Both the position numbers and the translations under genes were made by a program. This document shows, in pieces, positions 18,401 to 25,050 of a stretch of DNA of 64,000 bases (its first letter is position 1; every line of letters starts with the position of its first letter). The DNA is from an uncultured Polyangiaceae bacterium. Lineage in GTDB: Bacteria > Myxococcota_A > Polyangia > Polyangiales > Polyangiaceae. Below the pieces are notes generated by a model. It was given only the letters and a program-made list of their open reading frames with translations. It was not told the origin of the DNA and searched no databases. The stretch spans positions 2,780 to 66,779 of the forward strand of contig CAZRGL010000002.1 in NCBI GenBank assembly GCA_964599485.1, given 5' to 3'.

Positions 18401-18648
18401 TGCATCGGGGCCGGGTGCAGCTCGACGAACAAGGCAATCCTCGCGGCGTCGGCTTGCATGTGCTCGAGATGCTTCGCGGTGTGCTTGCTGAGCATCGAGA
18501 GACGGCGGGCCAGTTGGTGCTCTCTTCAGCTGCTCACGAGGCGCTCGACGCCGACGCGCGCGCCGGCTTCGTGCCGCTCGAGAGCGAGACCTTGCGGGCA
18601 ATGGGTAGCGACATCAGCTTGTGGACGGACGCAGGGAGGACGGCGTGA
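15433..18648 (+). CDS. PP2C (PPM) phosphatase fused to a ClpV/ClpA-type double AAA+ unfoldase, with an unknown C-terminal extension of about 250 aa
   Basis: Start at ATG 15433 (MSAYLRIAASEKGG).
- PP2C: VLADGTGGAAGEAMA, VGHLGNVRVY, LLCSDGLWDAV.
- AAA+ D1: LDPVIGRKREV, GPPGVGKTAIVEGLA, KYRGQFEERL, VIFMDELH, LIGATTTEEY.
- AAA+ D2: GQDAAM, FAGPTGVGKTE, RIDMSEY, LIGAPPGYIGH, VVLFDEIEKAHPDV, ILDEGRLTD.
I see no long coiled-coil M domain between D1 and D2. Confidence 0.85.
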   Translation: MSAYLRIAASEKGGAAGQIARFDEEGGVAVLADGTGGAAGEAMARAAVEPALKTLLAEGSVEKAFASAHQAACTQSEDEGAGASFIAAQIDRTGTLVVGHLGNVRVYIARKTNRRRGLPKPPAPLFCPPVQVGSVKPIETAMSMVCLSRDHSAVCDMVEGGHLSAEDGRKHPLRGRVSKGLRAGPLTPPTVTHMRLFPDDRVLLCSDGLWDAVSDRDMLAALAEHHFADDACEALAERAGSKCSFAAVVIDCFPDRERDEARRNLQRGHKAQRKKRASKKSGREKQKRPSSERPRSEQPRSNKRRSSEPPKNGDIIRRMGRNLTALAIAGKLDPVIGRKREVQQLAQALVARRKANAVLIGPPGVGKTAIVEGLALQMATGGLGDRFADKRIVEMSMGALVAGTKYRGQFEERLQEVIRIAEDDPELVIFMDELHTAMGAGATSGSATDAADLLKPALSRGSMRLIGATTTEEYQKYIARDAAFERRFIVIDVKEPSVGHTIEILQGLRPSFEKHYQVQIVDEAFEAAATLSKRYIPGRYLPDKAIDLIDRACARLLVPLTPTPGDGSTLRRDHIVKLVADMCDVDIELIGRDVREARERVGELLSYLTARLFGQDAAMGVVARQLKRAYGGLKDPKRPIASFLFAGPTGVGKTETAKVVSEFLFGDRDRVLRIDMSEYESRWAVSRLIGAPPGYIGHDEEGQLTGPMLRQGARVVLFDEIEKAHPDVLLVLLQILDEGRLTDSHGRVASFHEAVIVMTSNLLQSGPVARKAKQLGFALPKKGAQSEEAEEQVEDDSAARSELAKQLRPELVGRIGAVVTFSSLSPEAAKAIVNKCCNSALQRLQAQGVALQLPDGFQQRVLERLGDLRFGARMVERLVDEEVGKLLDRSQPSAGRSDASMGASMHASMRGSARNDVAMLALELPEGVDADEAKLHALVAKVCIGAQAAQVRHVDACEGRVVVLAATLRAALAIARRHDSLDGKGLRRLVHRGRVQLDEQGNPRGVGLHVLEMLRGVLAEHRETAGQLVLSSAAHEALDADARAGFVPLESETLRAMGSDISLWTDAGRTA

Positions 18649-19946
18649 AGGTCACGCTCACAGTCATCGAAGGGCCCAATTTGGGCCGCGAATTCGCCTA
18701 CGAGCAACGGGATCGCTTTCTGGTGGGGCGGACGCCAGCGGCGCATCTGTGCGTCTCACGAGATCGCTTCTTTTCGCGGCATCATTTCTTCGTCGAGGTC
18801 AATCCGCCCAACGTCTACCTGGTCGATTTACACAGCACCAACGGCACCAGCGTCAACAGTCGCAAGAACAAGGTCGAGGAGGCCACGCTCGAGCATGGCG
18901 ACATCATCATCGGGGGCGAAACGAAGCTCCGGGTGACCATCGACGACGGCGTGGACGAGTCGGCTGCCGCTGAGGCAAACGAGTCGCGCGAGCAGGTCTG
19001 TTGTCTGAAGTGTGGCAAACATGCCGAACGCGAACGGGCGCGCTCGAGCTCGGAGTCCGTGACCTTCATTTGCCAAGGTTGCCAGGAGAACCTGCGCGGC
19101 CAGCCGATCTTGCCGCAGGGTTATCGTGTGGTTCGTGAGCTCGGTCGCGGCAGCATGGGAAGCGTGTATCTGGCCGAGGACGGTGCCGGCGCGCAGCGGG
19201 CGATCAAGCTCGTCATGCCGAATGCGGCCTTGTCGGCTAAGGTGCGCAACCAGTTCCTCGAACAATCCAGAGCGCAAGCGCGCCTCGACCACCCGCGCAT
19301 CGTGCGCGTCTACGGCGTCGAGCAGCCGCGCGAGGGGGTGTTCTGCGTCGTGATGGAGCACATCGATGGACAGGCGCTCTCGAAACTCATCGCCAATCAG
19401 AACAAGCTCCCAGCTCACAAGGTCGTGCTGATTGCAGCCCAGCTCCTCGAAGGGCTCGACTATGCCCACGGGCGCGCGATGGTTCATCAGAACATCAAGC
19501 CCGCCAACATTCTGCTCGCTCCCGATCGGGGCGAAGCGTCGGGCGGCCTCGCTGTCAAGCTGGCCGATTTCGGCCTGGCGCAGACCTACGAGCTGACCGG
19601 CGCGAGCGGTTTTGCGCGCCTGGACGAAGTGGACGAGTCGCTCGGCTACAAGGCCCCTGAGCAGATCATCGACTTTCGCGGCGTCGATCCGAGGTCGGAT
19701 CTGTACGCTGTTGCGGCGGTCGGCTACCGGATGCTCTGCGGTGAATTGCCCTACGCGCTCGATGCGGGCCGCGATCCCTTCTTGGCGCTGCTCGAAGACG
19801 AAATCGTGCCGCTGAGGAAGCGAGATCGGACAGTGGATTCTGCGTTGGCCGCTGTGATCGAGCGGGGCCTGGCCCGACGCCCCGCCGACCGCTACAGCTC
19901 TGCGGCGAAGATGCGTGAAGCACTGTTGGCTGCCGCGCTCCGCTGA
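18621..19946 (+). CDS. FHA domain, CxxC...CxxC zinc ribbon and a Ser/Thr kinase-like domain in which the catalytic Asp is replaced (HQN): predicted pseudokinase
   Basis: - FHA: FLVGRTPAAHLCVSRDRFFSRHHFFVEVNPPNVYLVDLHSTNGTSVN.
- Zn ribbon: CCLKCGK...FICQGCQ.
- Kinase: GRGSMGSVYLA, AIKLV, MVHQNIKPANILL (aac codon at 19491-19493), DFGLAQ, APEQ.
An alternative start, GTG 18645, overlaps the upstream stop (GTGA). Confidence 0.85.
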   Translation: MDGRREDGVKVTLTVIEGPNLGREFAYEQRDRFLVGRTPAAHLCVSRDRFFSRHHFFVEVNPPNVYLVDLHSTNGTSVNSRKNKVEEATLEHGDIIIGGETKLRVTIDDGVDESAAAEANESREQVCCLKCGKHAERERARSSSESVTFICQGCQENLRGQPILPQGYRVVRELGRGSMGSVYLAEDGAGAQRAIKLVMPNAALSAKVRNQFLEQSRAQARLDHPRIVRVYGVEQPREGVFCVVMEHIDGQALSKLIANQNKLPAHKVVLIAAQLLEGLDYAHGRAMVHQNIKPANILLAPDRGEASGGLAVKLADFGLAQTYELTGASGFARLDEVDESLGYKAPEQIIDFRGVDPRSDLYAVAAVGYRMLCGELPYALDAGRDPFLALLEDEIVPLRKRDRTVDSALAAVIERGLARRPADRYSSAAKMREALLAAALR

Positions 19947-19955
19947 GGGGCTGCT

Positions 19956-20834
19956 TTGCGAAACTTGTGCATCGACTCGAGATGTCCCAAGATCATGGGC
20001 GTGAGCTTGCTTGTTGCGTGCCCGTCTGGCGAACGCCAGCCAACTGTGCTGTTGGTCTCGTGCGTCTTCGCGTTGGCTCTTTGTGGGCTGCTCGGTTGCG
20101 AGAACAAGGTTCGTGCTCCGGCGGGCGGACCGCCTGGCAACACCGTGTCGAGCTCCGGCAGCAGCACGTCGTCGGCCAGCGGTGGAAGCGATGCTGGCGG
20201 CGGTGGTAACAGCGCTGGCGGAAGCACGGCCACCGGCGGGGCCGCAACCGGTGGATCAGCGACCGGCGGGTCAGCGACCGGCGGGTCAGCGACCGGCGGG
20301 TCAGCGACCGGCGGGGCAGGGGGCAACGCCGTCGGAGGAGGCTCCATGGGCGGAGCCGGCGGGCAGGGTCAGGCGCCGGTCGTGCCAGACTTTCATCTGC
20401 CCGACGTCAACGCCACCTCATTGACCTATCAGCTGATGGTCTCGCCGCGCGACTACCTCAAGCAAGTGTCAGGTTGGTACTTCGGGCACGCAACCTGAGG
20501 CTATTGCGGTGTCCAGTTTGGATACCTCGACCAAATGCAGAAGGAAATCAACGCTGCGCCTGCGAAGGTGGCCATTCAGATCGTTGGCGTGAACCAGGAT
20601 CAGCACCAAAGCGGTAGCCCCGCCTTCACCATGAATCGCGACCTGCCTTGGCTCGACGAAGGTCCCATGGATCAAGTCTGGCAGGCCTGGAACGTGTCCT
20701 ACCGCGACGTGGTCATCCTCGATGACGAAAACCGAACCGTCGCCGTCTACAATCTCACCGTGAACGACCTGAGCGACCCGGCCAAATACGCCGAGCTCAA
20801 GACCCTGCTCCTCAGTATAGGCAACGCCCAATAG
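19956..20834 (+). CDS. Thioredoxin-fold (TlpA/redoxin-like) lipoprotein read through an in-frame TGA at 20496-20498: candidate selenoprotein with a UGYC redox motif
   Basis: Track ORFs 19956-20498 and 20535-20834 share one frame and are separated by a single TGA. The joined sequence reads DFHLPDVNATS...VSPRDYLKQVSGWYFGHAT-U-GYCGVQFGYLDQMQKEI...VAIQIVGVNQ, which fits the F.l.D...vs..d..gk....F.a.WC..C...l..l layout of redoxins. The N-terminus has a lipobox (LLGC). The start is either 19956 or 19995. Confidence 0.55.
20256..20315. repeat. Perfect 15-bp tandem repeat x4
   Basis: tcagcgaccggcggg occurs four times, encoding (SATGG)n in the Gly/Ser/Thr linker of the lipoprotein. Confidence 0.9.
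20504..20530 (+). promoter_or_regulatory. SECIS-like hairpin immediately downstream of the in-frame UGA
   Basis: GGUGUCC (20508-20514) pairs with GGAUACC (20520-20526): 7 bp including one G-U pair, with the loop AGUUU. The stem can be extended by 3 more pairs across a C/U mismatch. The apical loop starts 19 nt after the U of UGA and has G at loop position 2. Confidence 0.45.
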
Positions 20835-20891
20835 CCACTCCGCTGCGTCTGGATGCTGGACGCCATTTGATGGCTGTGCTCAGTCAGGGGC

Positions 20892-22280
20892 ATGTTTTCA
20901 CAAGCAGCTTCGCCCTCGACTCTGGCTCGCCTCGCAGGATTGGCATTGGTGTCGGTTGCGCTCGGGTGCGGCGCAACGGACACGCCTGGCCCCGCCGTCG
21001 CCACCGCTACGACAACCGCAGCCGCGACCGCCAGCGTGGTTCAGGAAGCACGCTGTCCGAGCTTTGCACCTGACGCCCAGGCGGCAAAGGACTGCCTTGG
21101 CGACAAGATGAAGGCCATCAAGTGCATCATGGACATGTCAGCCGAGCGTCTGGAAGCTGGCAATGAGCAAGGGGCGGTCGACGCGTTCATAGCGGCCATT
21201 CATCGCCGGCCCGAGCTGTCGTTTGCCTACGTGCGGCTGGCAGATCTTCTGATGAACTTGGACTTGTATGGGCAAGCCGAAGCGGTGCTGAAGGAGGCCG
21301 CGCGACTGGTCACGCCGGAGCGCAGGACCAACATTCATCTACTGCTCGCCACCATTTATGGCGACGCGGATCGTTTCGACCTCAGTGTGGCCGAGCTCGA
21401 AGCGGCGCTCGCTCTCAAGAAGGACAACGCCGTGCTTCGGTTCAATCTCGGCATGTCCTACACCAAGCTCGCTGTGCCCCCGCGCGACAAGGCTCGAAAG
21501 ATGCTCGAGGGGTTTGTCGCCAAGGCCTGCAAGCCACCCGTGGACGCTAGGAATGGTGCACCATGTGAGATGGCGACGGTTACCATCAAGAAGCTCGGCA
21601 GCTGCCCCGATTGCTTCAAGGCTTCCAAGGCGCCGACGATGAAGCGGCCGCCTCTGAAACGCAGCAAGTGCTCCATCGCGCCGCCTTCGAGCGGTGGCCC
21701 GAGCTTGCCGATGATTGTGGTGCCCGCCCTGCCGATTCGACAAGGCGACGCCTTCACGGTTTGGGGCGCGAGCCACCATTTGCGCAACCAGTTCCATCGC
21801 CCAGAGGTGAGCGGCAAGGCCATCGACATCGTCGGTCATGTCGTAGCCACCAACTTCGACCGTGTACCGCGCTGCGCAGTTCATCGCACCGGCAAGGCAG
21901 ACCCACCCGACTGCGTCGCGCCGGTGCCGACCATCTACATCGCTGATAACAAGGACGAGCGGCACGTGGCCATCAAGGTGATGGGCTGGGCGTCGAATTG
22001 GGCCCAGGTCGTGGAGGTCATGCACGCCATCGACAACGCCAAACCTGGCGAGAAAGTCCAATTGATGGATGAGTTCTTCGGCATGAATCTGCCGAACCCC
22101 ATTCCCGCAGTTGGCGCACACGTCCGCGTTACGGGCCGCTACGGCATGACCTATACCAAGTCGACCAGCGGCAGCTCGGCCGATCCTCGCTACGGCATCC
22201 TGACTGCCGACAAGATCACCTACCTGAAGCGGCCCCCCAAGCCGGCGCAGCTGCCGGGCTACGAACGCACCAAAAAGTAG
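20892..22280 (+). CDS. Lipoprotein with TPR-like repeats and an unknown C-terminal domain
   Basis: Signal peptide plus lipobox (LALVSVALGCGATD). TPR-like helices are present (AFIAAIHRRPELSFAYVRLADLLMNLDLYGQAEAVLKEA...). Confidence 0.7.
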   Translation: MFSQAASPSTLARLAGLALVSVALGCGATDTPGPAVATATTTAAATASVVQEARCPSFAPDAQAAKDCLGDKMKAIKCIMDMSAERLEAGNEQGAVDAFIAAIHRRPELSFAYVRLADLLMNLDLYGQAEAVLKEAARLVTPERRTNIHLLLATIYGDADRFDLSVAELEAALALKKDNAVLRFNLGMSYTKLAVPPRDKARKMLEGFVAKACKPPVDARNGAPCEMATVTIKKLGSCPDCFKASKAPTMKRPPLKRSKCSIAPPSSGGPSLPMIVVPALPIRQGDAFTVWGASHHLRNQFHRPEVSGKAIDIVGHVVATNFDRVPRCAVHRTGKADPPDCVAPVPTIYIADNKDERHVAIKVMGWASNWAQVVEVMHAIDNAKPGEKVQLMDEFFGMNLPNPIPAVGAHVRVTGRYGMTYTKSTSGSSADPRYGILTADKITYLKRPPKPAQLPGYERTKK

Positions 22281-22697
22281 CTAGATCTGCTCGACGGACT
22301 TGAGCATTTCGGGCACGAAGTTGGTGCGCGGTCGGATGAGCGTCCTGCGCACCTGGGGCTTGATGACCCGGATTAGGGCGGCGTTAGCGCCTACTCCGCC
22401 GGCTTCGAGTAGGTCGTCGCCGAAGTCGTAGCCGTAGCCTTCGTCGCTATTTGTCGTCCGAATGTTGCTCTTCGTCTGGGACTTGGTTTTGGCCTTGGTT
22501 CGGCGCTCGTGCTTCTTGACGAGCTTCTCGATGCAGGCGCGCTTCTTCGTGGCCACTGTGAGCTTGCTACATTCGGCTGTGCAACTGGCGCGCAGGCCCT
22601 TGTCGAGCTTGCTACAGTCATCCTCGGCCGCAGCGTTCGAGGCAAAAAGCAGCAGCCCCGTAGCTGCAATCAACATCAACGGCCTAATCCTGTTCAC
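22281..22697 (-). CDS. Small secreted protein, Lys-rich, unknown function
   Basis: Signal peptide MNRIRPLMLIAATGLLLFASNAAA. Its stop abuts the stop of the convergent gene. Confidence 0.6.
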   Translation of the reverse strand: MNRIRPLMLIAATGLLLFASNAAAEDDCSKLDKGLRASCTAECSKLTVATKKRACIEKLVKKHERRTKAKTKSQTKSNIRTTNSDEGYGYDFGDDLLEAGGVGANAALIRVIKPQVRRTLIRPRTNFVPEMLKSVEQI

Positions 22698-22889
22698 AAC
22701 ATCACCTCCGGTAAGAGCACGTGAGCACGCACGCCACCAACGGCCGGCAGGCTCGCTGCGCCTGCTGGTGGTTTACAGCACACCCAAGGAGCCGGAATGC
22801 GGCCCCGCGATGCATACGTGCCAGATCTGGTTTCGATCTAGCCGACAGCTTCACGGTCCGATGACATACAATGAGGGCTTGTTGAACTG

Positions 22890-25040
22890 ATGGCTCGTGC
22901 ACGACGCTTCGCGCTGTTGACTGTGCTCGCTATTGCGGCGGGGGGGCTCGGGTGCAATTCCGTTTCCGGGGTGGGCGATTTCCAGTTCGATCTGCCGCCG
23001 GTCGACAAGCCGATCCCTTGTGTCGATCCCGAGCCGGCAATGGTCATCACCGAAGACACCACGCTGTGCGCTGGAACCTTCGCCATACCGGTCAGCTCGG
23101 GCGAAGCAGCCTTGGAGATTGCGGCTGGTGGCGTGACGCTGCAATGCCTCTCCACCATGCTCGACGGCCAGGGCAGCGTGGGGCTCGATCCGGACGACCC
23201 GACTGTGGGGATTCGCGTTGGCGCCTTCGAGGGCGTGACCATCAAGGGCTGCGGTGCGCGCGGCTACCGCTACGGTTTGCTCGCCAAAGGCGCTTCGACC
23301 CTGACGCTCAGCGACGGACACTTCGACGACAATTTCACCGATCCGAGCGCCGAGTGGGTCTATGAGGTCTTTGGCGGCGGGATACGTCTCGAGCAGGTCA
23401 GCGACGCGACAGTCGAATCGAGCAGCTTCGCACGCAACTGGAACGGCATCGAGCTGGTGAGCAGCAGCGCGGTGCAAGTCAGCGACAACACTGCGGATTA
23501 CTGCAGCAATACCGCAGCGCTACTGCTCGATACCCACGACAGCACCGTTCAGGACAACGCCATGTCTTGGGCCATCCGGCCGGCACTGTCCTATCCGGAC
23601 AATTGGTACGGCGTGACCACCTACGACTCGGCCGGGATCCTCATCGAGCAAGGATCGACCAACAACACGATTGTTGGCAACGACACGACGTACGGCGGCA
23701 ACGGCATCTTCTCGCGGGGGCTGTCGGGCTGCCCAACGGGCAACATCATCAAAGACAACGTGGTCTCTTTCAGTCCGCACAACGGCATCGAGTGCTGGTG
23801 CGATGACCATCGCATCGAAGGCAATACCGCCGACGCCTGTCATTTCGGGATCTGGACGGGCGGAGCCGACAACGCAGTCATCGTTGACAACGTGGTCAGT
23901 GGCAGCATCGTCGACGGCATCTCCATTCAGATAGGCGAAGATCGTCACACGCTCATCCAAGACAACGACGTGTCGTCGAGCGGTAGGGTGGGCATCCTGT
24001 TGTCAGGACGCGAGTATCAAGCTGGACACAACCTGGAGCATTGGTCGGGGGCGCTTGCCAACTCGAGCCATATCGTGGTGCAGCGCAACGAGCTGTTCCT
24101 CAACAAAGAAGCCGACTTGTTCGCGACATCGACGCGTCTCTTGGTGCTGGCGTCGAACTGCTCACCTACCCACAACGATGCTTACATCTTTGGCAAGGAG
24201 GTCGAGGTGTCGCGCATCGTGGGTGGTTGCGGTACGGGCGGTGGTCGGACTCCGCCTCAGGCCTCACTTGCTGATCCCGGCCCGGTGCTGCTGGGCGACA
24301 AGGTGAGCTTCGACGCTTCGAGCTCGCAGCCCGCCACCCCCGGCGCGCCACTGAGCTTCTCATGGTTGGTTCAGCCTGCAGGCTCCAAGTTCGTCAATGG
24401 CACCATGCCGCCGATGGTGGCGGGCGGCGTCGAGCTAGGCGCAAAGCTGGATGTGAGCTTCGACGCGGCGGGCTTGTTTGATGTCGACGTGACGGCCGAC
24501 GATGGACGACTCGCGGCGATGGCACACCGGCAAGTTGCGGTCATCCCTTCAGGCAAACGCATCGGGGAAAAGGCGAGCAGTTGGGACTTTGTCTGCGAAA
24601 ATAGCTGCACGACCACCTTCACCGACGAGCCCAACGGGATTGATGGCGAGCAGGTGCACATGAAGACCGACGCAGCCTTCGCGTGGCAGGCGTTGGCTCC
24701 CAAGAGCAAGGACCTCGGTCACAGCGCAAACAACCAAGACACGATTGGCTTCTTCGTGCGCGCTCGCAACACCAACGAGGGCTGGTGGCAGGTGAGCTCG
24801 CCGGTGGTGGTGCTCGCATCCGCTGATGGCACTATTCGCTTCGAGCCCGAAAACGGCGAGGTGCTGTTGCCGCTGCACGGAATTGACTGGGTGTTTCTTG
24901 CCATTCCGCTGAATGGAGGAGGCGGCTGGAAACGAACTGACGTGGGCGGGTCGCTCGACAAGATCGACTGGGTCGAGATACATACCGATACCTGGGGTGA
25001 TGGCTTCGACATCTGGCTCGATGCGTTGACGATCTACTGA
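22890..25040 (+). CDS. Lipoprotein with right-handed parallel beta-helix repeats (NosD/pectin-lyase fold), a PKD-like domain and a C-terminal beta-sandwich
   Basis: Lipobox (AAGGLGCNS). There are repeated G..i......n.i.gn type turns (IVGNDTTYGGNGIFSRG..., IEGNTADACHFGIWTGG..., VVDNVVSGSIVDGISIQ). The PKD-like segment is GDKVSFDASSSQ...LSFSWLV...FDVDVTADDG. Confidence 0.7.
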   Translation: MARARRFALLTVLAIAAGGLGCNSVSGVGDFQFDLPPVDKPIPCVDPEPAMVITEDTTLCAGTFAIPVSSGEAALEIAAGGVTLQCLSTMLDGQGSVGLDPDDPTVGIRVGAFEGVTIKGCGARGYRYGLLAKGASTLTLSDGHFDDNFTDPSAEWVYEVFGGGIRLEQVSDATVESSSFARNWNGIELVSSSAVQVSDNTADYCSNTAALLLDTHDSTVQDNAMSWAIRPALSYPDNWYGVTTYDSAGILIEQGSTNNTIVGNDTTYGGNGIFSRGLSGCPTGNIIKDNVVSFSPHNGIECWCDDHRIEGNTADACHFGIWTGGADNAVIVDNVVSGSIVDGISIQIGEDRHTLIQDNDVSSSGRVGILLSGREYQAGHNLEHWSGALANSSHIVVQRNELFLNKEADLFATSTRLLVLASNCSPTHNDAYIFGKEVEVSRIVGGCGTGGGRTPPQASLADPGPVLLGDKVSFDASSSQPATPGAPLSFSWLVQPAGSKFVNGTMPPMVAGGVELGAKLDVSFDAAGLFDVDVTADDGRLAAMAHRQVAVIPSGKRIGEKASSWDFVCENSCTTTFTDEPNGIDGEQVHMKTDAAFAWQALAPKSKDLGHSANNQDTIGFFVRARNTNEGWWQVSSPVVVLASADGTIRFEPENGEVLLPLHGIDWVFLAIPLNGGGGWKRTDVGGSLDKIDWVEIHTDTWGDGFDIWLDALTIY

Positions 25041-25050
25041 CCTTGTTACT

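Noticed and set aside
20256-20315. Short direct repeats here and at 30712-30912, 14467-14526 and 40633-40686, considered as possible CRISPR-like arrays
   Set aside because: They have 15-bp periods with no spacers, are in frame, and lie inside coding sequences (low-complexity linkers). They are not CRISPR arrays.
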